From contig OY969931.1 of NCBI GenBank assembly GCA_963704705.1, positions 990,001 through 1,022,000 on the forward strand: a DNA stretch of 32,000 nucleotides. The letters run 5' to 3'. Numbering within the stretch: position 1 is the stretch's first letter; each line of letters starts with the position of its first letter. Position numbers and translations under genes: made by a program. This document shows positions 8,027 through 16,708 of this stretch, in pieces. This DNA comes from an uncultured bacterium. GTDB lineage: Bacteria > Patescibacteriota > Gracilibacteria > UBA1369 > PNNO01. The notes under the pieces are model-generated. The model had not been told where the DNA came from, made no database searches, and saw nothing but the letters and a program-made list of their open reading frames with translations.

Positions 8027-10015
8027 TTACCACAAACTAACCTGTTCCTCCGGCACTTCAGGTTTTTTCTCGCGAATCACTCTTTCCTGTTCTTTTTTCT
8101 CAATTAATTCTTCGGGGATATCTTTTAAAAACCGTGACTCCTTCATTTCGTGTTTATCTCCGAAAAAATTACGTTCATTTGCATGAATTATATGAAGTTC
8201 TTCTTCGGCGCGTGTCATTCCAACATAAAAAAGTCTGCGTTCTTCTTCTTCATTAACTTCTTCTTCACTAAACTGGTAAGGTGTAAGCCCTTCTGATGCT
8301 CCGGCAATAAAAACAATCGGAAATTCAAGACCTTTTGAAGCGTGCATTGTTAATAATGTAACTGCATCTTTGCTTTGATCGTAAACATCTTTATCCTGCA
8401 TTAAGGCTGTTTCATCAATAAATTCTTTTAAACCTTCAAATAAAGGCATGTCATCAAACTGCAAACTAAATCCAATTAATTCAAACACATTATCCTGGCG
8501 ATTTTTATCTTTATAAATTTCAAAATAAGTAATTTTATGAAGAACAAATTTTATTAAATCAGAAAGTTTATTTTCGGCCGCGTATAGTCTAAAACTTTCA
8601 TGCATCTCAATAAACTCGCCCAATGATTTTTTTAAATCGTTAGTTAACGAAAGTGTATCCAGTTCAAGACATGACTGATAAAAAGGTATTCCATACACCT
8701 TTGAATAATTCATAATTTTTTCAATTGTTGTATCCCCCACTCCTTTTGCAAATTTTTTAATAGTTCTTTTCATTGAAGTTTCATCGTTCGGATCGTAAAT
8801 ACATCGTAAATAACTTAAAATATCCTTAATTTCAGTTCGTTCATAAAAAGGAATTGCTCCAATTGTCTGAAAAGGGATTCCGGCTCTAATAAAAGCATCT
8901 TCAATTGCCTTGCCTTGCAAATGCGTTCTGTATAAAACAGCAAAATCACTGAATTTTCGAAGCTCGTCATTATCTTCAATATTTTTTAAATCTTTTGACT
9001 GGCGCGACACTCCACCCATTTTCAAATCTATTGTTTGTAAAATATAATCAGTTTCAGCCCTGTCGTTGTTTGCTTCAACCACTTTAATTAAAGTTCCGTC
9101 CTGTTTTGTTGAATCCAATTCTCTTTGCATTCTCTCATCATTTCTTTCTATAACTTTATCAGATGCTTTAACAATTTGAGGTGTGCTGCGGTAATTTTTA
9201 TCGAGTTTAATTAATTTAACATTCTCAAAATCATCACCAAACTGTAAAAAGTTTTTAACATTAGCACCTCTAAATGCATAAATCGCCTGATCACTATCAC
9301 CTATTACGCAAATATTTTTATCACGCGCACTTAAAAGTTTAATTAATTCATATTGTGCTTTATTTGTATCCTGATATTCATCAACAGAAATATATTTAAA
9401 TGGCAAAGCATTTAAAACTTCTTCATGTTTTCGCAAAAGTTTTACTGTTTTTATAATTAAATCATCAAAATCTATCGCGTTCTTTGCACGCATTGCCCCT
9501 TCATAATTTCTAAACACTTCCTGGAGCTCAAGCGGAGCTTCCAAAGGTGAAATAAAATCATTTTTTAGCTTCGAAATTCTTTTGATTACGTCGCTTAACG
9601 CCTTCTTTTTTGCGTCTTTAATAATTTCCTGTAAAAGTTCAATCTGATCACTTGGATCATAAATCTTAAAATTCTTTTCAATACCAACTTTAAATGCAAA
9701 ATTTCTTAAAATTTTCAAACAAAGCGAATGGAAAGTTCCTACAAACGGTAATTCGTCACCTTCTATAAGTTCACTTAATCTCTTTTGCATTTCATCCGCT
9801 GCTTTTTTCGTAAAAGTAATTAATAAAATCTCACGCGGATCAATCCCCTGTTCATTAATCATGTATAAAGTTCGATAAATTAATGTTCGGGTCTTTCCGC
9901 TTCCAGGCCCTGCAGCTATAAGCACTGCTCCGCTTAAAATTTCAACTGCTTCGAGCTGTTTTGCATTTAAAATTTCAGAATAATTGCATTTGAGGCTTTG
10001 ATTCATATTTATCAT
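8027..10015 (-). CDS. UvrD/PcrA/Rep-family superfamily 1 DNA helicase
   Basis: LNAKQLEAVEILSGAVLIAAGPGSGKTRTL (Q motif and Walker A), YISVDEYQDTNKAQYEL (Walker B), IGDSDQAIYAFRGA, VTLLTMHASKGLEFPIVFIAG, EEERRLFYVGMTRAEEELHI. C-terminus ...PEEQVSLW. Start may be at 10006. Confidence 0.95.
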   Translation of the reverse strand: MINMNQSLKCNYSEILNAKQLEAVEILSGAVLIAAGPGSGKTRTLIYRTLYMINEQGIDPREILLITFTKKAADEMQKRLSELIEGDELPFVGTFHSLCLKILRNFAFKVGIEKNFKIYDPSDQIELLQEIIKDAKKKALSDVIKRISKLKNDFISPLEAPLELQEVFRNYEGAMRAKNAIDFDDLIIKTVKLLRKHEEVLNALPFKYISVDEYQDTNKAQYELIKLLSARDKNICVIGDSDQAIYAFRGANVKNFLQFGDDFENVKLIKLDKNYRSTPQIVKASDKVIERNDERMQRELDSTKQDGTLIKVVEANNDRAETDYILQTIDLKMGGVSRQSKDLKNIEDNDELRKFSDFAVLYRTHLQGKAIEDAFIRAGIPFQTIGAIPFYERTEIKDILSYLRCIYDPNDETSMKRTIKKFAKGVGDTTIEKIMNYSKVYGIPFYQSCLELDTLSLTNDLKKSLGEFIEMHESFRLYAAENKLSDLIKFVLHKITYFEIYKDKNRQDNVFELIGFSLQFDDMPLFEGLKEFIDETALMQDKDVYDQSKDAVTLLTMHASKGLEFPIVFIAGASEGLTPYQFSEEEVNEEEERRLFYVGMTRAEEELHIIHANERNFFGDKHEMKESRFLKDIPEELIEKKEQERVIREKKPEVPEEQVSLW

Positions 10016-11261
10016 TGTCTTTAAATATACTAATCACACCAAATTCACCATCATAACCCGGTTTTACATATACATTTCCTTCGCGAACTCTTTTTATCCC
10101 TTCAACTATAAATAAATCTGTTACTTTTTCAATATCTTTTAAGGGAGCTTCTAATAAAATATACAATTCATTACCTATTTTAGTAATTAGATTCATATAT
10201 TCGTTCATAACTCTTTTTGAATTGACTCCAACCTTAAATACTTCTGCAATAATCTCATATAAAGGAATTGTGTATCTGAAAGGAAATGCATGTTTTTGAT
10301 CACCACCTTTTTTGCGATCAGCCAAATCTAAAACTCTGTGCATTGTTCCCAAAATTAATTTTTTGCCGCATTCCGGGCATTTAAAATCATTCTTTTTTGC
10401 TTCTTCAGGGTCGCAACTGTATTCGCAAACTCTATGACCATCGTAATGGTACTTGCCTTCTTCCGGGAAAAACTCAATTGTCCCCAAAAACTTTTTATGA
10501 TCAGCATTTTTTAATGCATTAAACATTTCATCATAAGAAAGATCACAATCGAAAACATTAACTTCACGTGCAAGTTTTATTGGTGAATGTGCATCGGAAT
10601 TAGAAATTAAAGTTACATTATCAAGTTTGGATAGTCGCCAGTTCATTGGCGGATCGCTAGATAAGCCTGTTTCAACAGCAAAAATCTTATCGCTTAGCTC
10701 ATCAAAACATTCTTCAATAGAATCAAACCCTGATTTTGAACCAAGCATTGCAAAATGGGGAGTCCAAATATGTGCGGGAACCAAATAACATCTTTCACTT
10801 ACACCTGAAATAATTTCCAACAATTTTTTACTGTCCAATCCTAAAATCGGTCTGCCATCAGACTTCAAATTTCCGATTTTTTGAAGTTCACTGTTAATTT
10901 TTGATGCTTCTTTTAATGAAGGTGCGAAAACAATGTTATGAACCTTTCTGCATTTTTCATTTTTTGAATAAATAGAACTAATTTCAACAGAAAGCATAAA
11001 TCTAACTTCACCTTTGCATGATAAAGGCACCTCTTTATCGATTTCTTTAGCTATTTCATCCTTTAATTTATATAAACCGGGTTCGGCTTCCTCTAATTTC
11101 TCGCTAAGCTCATAAAACCACTGTGGATGAGTAAAGTCTCCGGTTCCAATTACAGTTATTCCTTTTAATTGAGCCCATTTATAAAGATTTTCAAGATCCA
11201 TTTGTTTACTTGTGGCCCTTGAATATTTTGAATGGATATGTAGATCAGCAAAAAAACGCAT
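9975..11261 (-). CDS. Endonuclease Q-like PHP-domain nuclease (track ORF starts at 11339; the likely start is the ATG at 11261)
   Basis: MRFFADLHIHSKYSRATSKQMDLENLYKWAQLKGITVIGTGDFTHPQWFYEL (PHP/EndoQ N-terminus), SVEISSIY, VPAHIWTPHFAMLGSKSGF, ISNSDAHSPIKLAREVNVF, and Cys cluster CEYSCDPEEAKKNDFKCPECGKKL. Confidence 0.85.
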   Translation of the reverse strand: MRFFADLHIHSKYSRATSKQMDLENLYKWAQLKGITVIGTGDFTHPQWFYELSEKLEEAEPGLYKLKDEIAKEIDKEVPLSCKGEVRFMLSVEISSIYSKNEKCRKVHNIVFAPSLKEASKINSELQKIGNLKSDGRPILGLDSKKLLEIISGVSERCYLVPAHIWTPHFAMLGSKSGFDSIEECFDELSDKIFAVETGLSSDPPMNWRLSKLDNVTLISNSDAHSPIKLAREVNVFDCDLSYDEMFNALKNADHKKFLGTIEFFPEEGKYHYDGHRVCEYSCDPEEAKKNDFKCPECGKKLILGTMHRVLDLADRKKGGDQKHAFPFRYTIPLYEIIAEVFKVGVNSKRVMNEYMNLITKIGNELYILLEAPLKDIEKVTDLFIVEGIKRVREGNVYVKPGYDGEFGVISIFKDNDKYESKPQMQLF

Positions 11262-11262
11262 A

Positions 11263-11877
11263 TTATTTTTCAAAAATATTAATATATTTATATCTAACAG
11301 GCACAATTTCATTTGCATCATATTTAACTTCAACTTCATATAAAGAAAGATTGTGCATTTCTAATGCTCTAATTTGTGCTTCAGTATCATTTGTAAACCA
11401 TTTGCCTAATAAAACTCTCAAAACCATGCCATGGGCAACAACCAAAATTGGGTCTTCTTCTACTTCCATACAGATTTCATGAATTGCATTCTCAACTCTT
11501 CTAAATAAACCATATTTAGATTCTCCTCCCGGAGGCGGAGTCCCTTCTTCATAAAAAGGTCTTCTGAATTTATCCCATTCTTCAACTTTTGCCTGAGCAC
11601 TCCATGCTCCAAAATCCATTTCTCTCAAATCATTCTTTTCGAACATCGGTACATTACAATATTCGTTAATATACTGAGCTGTTTCTCGGGCTCTTGATAG
11701 AGGCGAATGAACAATATTTTTAAATCCATAAATTTTAAAACCAGGTGCATTTTCTTTAACTTGTTCACGGCCTTCTTTTGACAAAGGTGTATCTATGTCT
11801 CCCTGAATTATGCCGTTTTTATTAAATTCCGACTGTGCGTGCCTTAAAAGGTAGAGTTTCTTTTTTTCCATAATCAT
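11263..11877 (-). CDS. Histidine phosphatase family protein (phosphoglycerate mutase-like)
   Basis: KKLYLLRHAQSEFNKNGIIQGDIDTPLSKEGREQ (RHG-type motif), SPLSRARETAQYI, DFGAWSAQAKVEEW, ILVVAHGMVLRVLLG. Confidence 0.92.
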   Translation of the reverse strand: MIMEKKKLYLLRHAQSEFNKNGIIQGDIDTPLSKEGREQVKENAPGFKIYGFKNIVHSPLSRARETAQYINEYCNVPMFEKNDLREMDFGAWSAQAKVEEWDKFRRPFYEEGTPPPGGESKYGLFRRVENAIHEICMEVEEDPILVVAHGMVLRVLLGKWFTNDTEAQIRALEMHNLSLYEVEVKYDANEIVPVRYKYINIFEK

Positions 11878-11965
11878 TACGTGAGTAATTTATGCGCCAA
11901 AATATTAACACATATTGCATTATTATTCGATTTGAAGTATTTTAATTAACCAATAATTTATAAAT

Positions 11966-13979
11966 ATGTCAGAATTAAGTGATAGATTGGATGGCGAAGA
12001 CAGAGTCTCCATTAATAGTGCTTACGCTTTAGCTGAATTATGGTGGAAAAATCAACAAAATGAAGTGCCTGATAATTTACGTATGAGAGTTGAAACTGCA
12101 GCAATATTATGCAATCAACCAATCCCAACTGATACTAGAATTGGAATTGCAGGAACAATTAGAAGTTTTTTACAAAAAATTAGAACAGCTGAATTGGATC
12201 ACAGAAGAATTGAAATGCATTTAAATGCATTTGTTAAAGGAGAACTAAATTTATTTGATGTATTTCAATTTGAACTTGGCGAATTGGCTTCACAAAATTT
12301 AACTCAAAATCCTGAAGTATTGCAAACAGTACATGCCTTAAATCAAAATGTTTATCATCAGGTTAAAGGTGCTCTCGATGGGGATTTTAGAGCTGATGCA
12401 GCTTCCGCTCTTGATAAAGCTATTGATAAAACAAAAAAAATTAAACTGAAAAATCCAATTGATTCGGTTCTCAAAAAAATTGAAGAAATAATGAGCATAA
12501 TTTCCAGATTCAGAAATGTTAGACTTCTGTATTTTGATCCAAATCCTGACAATGATGATTTGCTTGCATTCAATTACCCAATGTCAAAAAGAGGTAAAAG
12601 AATTAGAAAAAATCCATATGCGGATGTTAAAGATTGGACCAGATATAAAGATGAACGCGGCGAATTGGAAGTTGAATATATTCAAATTCCTGCAGATAAC
12701 GGAGGTTGTAAATTAGTTTACAAACTAAGTTTTGGACAAGAAGAATTTGGTTATATTGAATATGAATTTGATGATCATGGAGTGCATAAATTAGTTAAAT
12801 CAAAATGTTCAAGTGTAAGTGAAATGATGGATACCTTCTTGAATGACAGATTACAGGAAGACATTAAAAAATTAATTGATACTAAAAAAAGAGAAAGTCA
12901 AAAAGGACGAAAGCCTCATCATTGGCCTGCTGTATTTGAGGAATTAAGTGAATTTTTAAGCAGAATTATTCAAAGACCATTTTTAATTACCTGCGATAGA
13001 AAACCTGGTGTTAATGAAACACCTCTGGTTATTGAAGTAAATGGAAAAGATACTCAAATTTTGAATGACGTGCATGAATCAGGAATTAAAGGAGAATCTT
13101 TTGAAATAAATTATGAAGCAGAAGAAGGTGTTGTCCAAGTAGGTAAAATAATTTTTGATCCTCTGGATGAAAATAGGGAAAGTATAATAAAAGAAGCTGT
13201 TTCATTTTTTGAAGGAATAGTTCAATGGAGAGAAAGCAGGCGCGAAGCACATATGTCGAGCGTAGGATTATTAGTGGCTGACTTAAAAAGTGATGATAAC
13301 CTGGAAGAAATTCCGACAGAACATGACTTCGGTGTACTTTATGCTGATATTGATGATTACAGCACAATAATGACTGAATTAGCTCAACAATACCCTGAAC
13401 ATCCCCTTTCAGAAATTATGGGTGAATTTTTTGCAGAATCAAGAATAATAATTGAAAGTGAATTTCATGTGGTATGTTGATAAATTTGTTGGAGACGAAA
13501 TAATAATTCTCATTGGTGCACCTTTTGATAAACAAGGAAGAGATGCCTTTGGCGATTCAGAACCTGATTTTGTTAAATATATTGAGACAAGTTATGCTGT
13601 TTCATTAAGACTTCAAAGATTTATTAGATGAAATATCACATAAAATTGAAACAAAAATTACATATTACTTTACCAAGACCTTTAAGATTTGCATGTGGTG
13701 CAGGATTATTATTTAATGCACCAATAGGTGTTTACGGAGGTTTGGATAAAAAAGGAGCCGGCGCCGATTATACAAGTATTTCACCTCAAATGAATTTGAT
13801 TGCAAGGGTGTTAAGTAATGCCGATGGTGGCGAATTACCTAAAGACCTTTGGAAACTTATGAAAGATACATTTCCCTAGGAGGTACCAAATTAAAAATGA
13901 TTGGAGAACCTTATGGAAGTTTATGCAAAAAGGTGCTGCCAATAATTGCACTATGGTTGTTAAAATAGCGGAAAAATGA
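11966..13979 (+). pseudogene. Class III adenylate cyclase with N-terminal helical/GAF-like region, interrupted by multiple frameshifts
   Basis: Intact frame 11966-13480 ends in FGVLYADIDDYSTIMTELA...EFFAESRIIIESEFH. The next frame (about 13479-13631) continues YVDKFVGDEIIILIGAPFDKQGRDAFG...YAVSLRLQRFI. It resumes in ORF 13628-13879 with TLPRPLRFACGAG...GADYTSISPQMNLIARVLSNADGGELP. A further frame near 13893-13979 reads KNDWRTLWKFMQKGAANNCTMVVKIAEK*. Cyclase hallmark residues are all present but split across frames. Confidence 0.8.
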
Positions 13980-14011
13980 TATAATTAAGACGAAAATTAA
14001 AACAAAAATAA

Positions 14012-14369
14012 ATGGTTGAAACATTATTAAGTTATATAGTTATCGGTCTCGAATTTATTGGAGTAGCAATTATAGTTATTGGAGTTTTAAAAACTCTATG
14101 TTGTTTTTGGTAAATGTTTGCTTAAACGAATCGCAATCAGCCCTTTAATGACTGAAATAAGAATAGATCTGAGTAATTATTTGATTTTAAGTTTGGAAGT
14201 AATTATCGGCCGGGATATTATTGAAACTTTTTTAAGACCTACACTTGGAGATATTACAATACTCGCTGTATTGGTTGCCCTTCGTACTTTACTAGCATTT
14301 TTCCTTAATTACGAAATGAGTCATATGGCAAAACCAAGGCTTGAGAAAGCATTGGAAGAATCAAAATAA
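14012..14369 (+). pseudogene. DUF1622-like membrane protein with an apparent 1-nt frameshift
   Basis: 14012-14113 encodes MVETLLSYIVIGLEFIGVAIIVIGVLKTLCCFW*. The +1 frame reads ...CFGKCLLKRIAISPLMTEIRIDLSNYLILSLEVIIGRDIIETFLRPTLGDITILAVLVALRTLLAFFLNYE. Removing one T from the TTTTT run at 14104-14108 joins them. Confidence 0.65.
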
Positions 14370-14415
14370 TGTGTTATATTTCATAAATGGATAATTCTTA
14401 TTAATAATTTTAATT

Positions 14416-15399
14416 ATGAAAAAATTTTTATGTTTCATTTTCATGTTTGTTTTCTTTACTCAATCTGCATTCGCGGCATTTATTGATGTTCCGCAAACTC
14501 ACCCTAATTATCAGGCTATAAACTATATGCAAAGAAAAGGTATAATCCAGGGTTATGAAGACAATACCTTCAGACCGGATCAAAATGTTGTTAGAGCTGA
14601 AGCAGTTAAAATCATTTTAGCAGCACTGTATGATTCTTTTGACACAGTAAGTGAAAATCCATTTCCGGATGTATCAACAGATCAATGGTTTGCGCCATTT
14701 GTAAAAAAAGCAAAAGAACTTAATATAATAAGCGGAGACGGTGTTACCGGGAATTTTGAAGGAGCAAGAAACGTTAATTTAGCTGAGTTTTTAAAAATCC
14801 TTACTCTTGCATATAAAGTTGATTTAAGTCCTTATCAAAATCAAACAGAAGTTATTTTTGATGATGTACAGGATTTAAAACAATGGTTTATTCCTTATTT
14901 ATATTATGCAGCTTCAACAAACCTGATTCATGGTGATCAAAACAATTATATTTATGTTGGAGACCCGTTAACACGAGCTGAAGTAGCTGAAATCACTTTT
15001 AGACTAATTATTAATATTGAAGGCGGCGATGTTCAGCTTTATTTGAGTATGGCAGAAGCTGAAATGATAAAAATTCTACAATTTCTTGATAATAATGATA
15101 TAAATAATGCTGAAATTTCCGCTGCAAAAGCGGTTCAGTATTCAAATCAGGCAGTAAGTTTATCTCCGGATAAATCTATTGTTTTAGCTGCACAAAAAAT
15201 TGCACAGGCTTTTGATAAATTGGTTAAAGGTTATCGAAGCGGTTTAAATTTAGATTTCACTACAACTGCAAGTCTTGCAGGAGAAGCATGGAATCTTGCA
15301 AATGAAGCTGTTGTTATTGATGGATCAGTACAATCATTATCGGATACAATAAAAGAAATCGCGCACTCCATGGCTGAAGATGCGCGATCATCCAATTAA
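14416..15399 (+). CDS. S-layer homology (SLH) domain protein
   Basis: Signal peptide MKKFLCFIFMFVFFTQSAFA; two SLH repeats, FIDVPQTHPNYQAINYMQRKGIIQGYEDNTFRPDQNVVRAEAVKIILAAL and FPDVSTDQWFAPFVKKAKELNIISGDG...NLAEFLKILTLAY. Confidence 0.88.
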   Translation: MKKFLCFIFMFVFFTQSAFAAFIDVPQTHPNYQAINYMQRKGIIQGYEDNTFRPDQNVVRAEAVKIILAALYDSFDTVSENPFPDVSTDQWFAPFVKKAKELNIISGDGVTGNFEGARNVNLAEFLKILTLAYKVDLSPYQNQTEVIFDDVQDLKQWFIPYLYYAASTNLIHGDQNNYIYVGDPLTRAEVAEITFRLIINIEGGDVQLYLSMAEAEMIKILQFLDNNDINNAEISAAKAVQYSNQAVSLSPDKSIVLAAQKIAQAFDKLVKGYRSGLNLDFTTTASLAGEAWNLANEAVVIDGSVQSLSDTIKEIAHSMAEDARSSN

Positions 15400-15412
15400 T
15401 TTATTAGGTTGT

Positions 15413-16633
15413 TTAGCTGCCTGTATTAAAGTTTAATACAAGACTACCAGCTTCTGCTCCTCCGTTTTTATCAGTGGCAAGTTTCACTGTTACTGTAAAC
15501 CAACCCCCTGCAGTCCAAGTTCCTCCTGTAATAGTCATGTTTGTTGACTCAACCCAGGTATTAGCAACTGAACTTGTAAGGCCGGTGTTGTTACTCATTG
15601 TTACAGCAGCATCTGCAGTATCCTGCATTGTAAGTGCCAATTGATTATCAGCAGCAGCTGTTGTATCAGTTCTGTATTTAAATTCAATCGGGTTTGTTTC
15701 CCAACTATTAAAGTTATCAGGAAGCTGAATTCTTACTTTAATATCATAATCCTGATCAGTAGTTTTTGTTGTTTGCCATCTATAAGAGTTTTCAATGTTA
15801 GTTGCGTCAAAATAATAAGTTAATTGACCTATATTATTACTTCCGTCACCATAATACGTTGAATTTGGATACAAAGGTGCAACAAATATTGAATTTGCTC
15901 CTGAAACATCCGCAAGAGCTACCCAGCTTGAACCATCATATACATAGAATGTATCAAGATCAGTTCTGTAAAAAACCTGACCTTCAACCGCTCCGCCAGG
16001 GAATGAAGTACCCTGATCAATTACCATTTCAACTGCTAAATTCTTATTAAAATCAATATCTCCATTTACTTCCAACGTTCCGTCAACATATAAATCATCA
16101 CTAATATTAAATCTTGTGTTTCCTGAATCCCAACTTATAACTTCTGCTAAGGTTGTACCAAATTGAATTGATATGTCTCCGCCAGTATCATTAGCATCCA
16201 ATAATAAATCTCCATCAGTATTAACACTTCCTGTATTATTTACATCACCAGTGATATTTAAATCATCTGATACAGTAAAATCATCAGTTGCATTATTATA
16301 TTGAATTGAACCAGCTCCATTATTGAAATCAACAGACGAATCAGCGCCTGTTCCATCAACATTGATGCTTAAATTTTCACCTTCCAAATCCAAATTACCT
16401 TCTATATATAAATCGTCTGTAAATTCAAAACGATTATTCGTAACATCATATCTCAATATTTGCCCGAGTGCGTCACCGAACTGAAGTTCAACGTCGGTTG
16501 TACCGTCTCCGTCATCAATAATGAAGAAAGATTCAGTATTAACAAGGTCACCGGTGGTTGCCGCATAGGCAGGCAAAGCCATAACCAGTGAAAGCGCTAA
16601 TAATAGCGGAAGTTTTAGTAATGTGTTTTTCAT
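15413..16633 (-). CDS. Secreted repeat-containing surface protein; paralog of the next gene
   Basis: Signal peptide LPLLLALSLVMALPAYA. Repeats of D(V/I)xxQFGxxLxxIxxxDxxNxRFxxxDDLYxxGxLxxxG. C-terminal domain STYYGDGSNNIGQLTYYFDATN...QDYDIKVRIQLPDNFNSWE. Confidence 0.72.
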   Translation of the reverse strand: MKNTLLKLPLLLALSLVMALPAYAATTGDLVNTESFFIIDDGDGTTDVELQFGDALGQILRYDVTNNRFEFTDDLYIEGNLDLEGENLSINVDGTGADSSVDFNNGAGSIQYNNATDDFTVSDDLNITGDVNNTGSVNTDGDLLLDANDTGGDISIQFGTTLAEVISWDSGNTRFNISDDLYVDGTLEVNGDIDFNKNLAVEMVIDQGTSFPGGAVEGQVFYRTDLDTFYVYDGSSWVALADVSGANSIFVAPLYPNSTYYGDGSNNIGQLTYYFDATNIENSYRWQTTKTTDQDYDIKVRIQLPDNFNSWETNPIEFKYRTDTTAAADNQLALTMQDTADAAVTMSNNTGLTSSVANTWVESTNMTITGGTWTAGGWFTVTVKLATDKNGGAEAGSLVLNFNTGS

Positions 16634-16708
16634 TTTTTTAGGTTTTAAATGATATTTTAATGAAATTAATTATATTATTATACACTATTTTTATAAAATT
16701 GTAAAGCG

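Noticed and set aside
13478-13631. Alternative genetic code (TGA = Gly/Trp) as an explanation for the broken cyclase
   Set aside because: The first TGA is followed directly by TAA in the same frame, the homologous residues continue in a different frame, and other genes (e.g. EndoQ) end naturally at TGA; frameshifts explain the data better.
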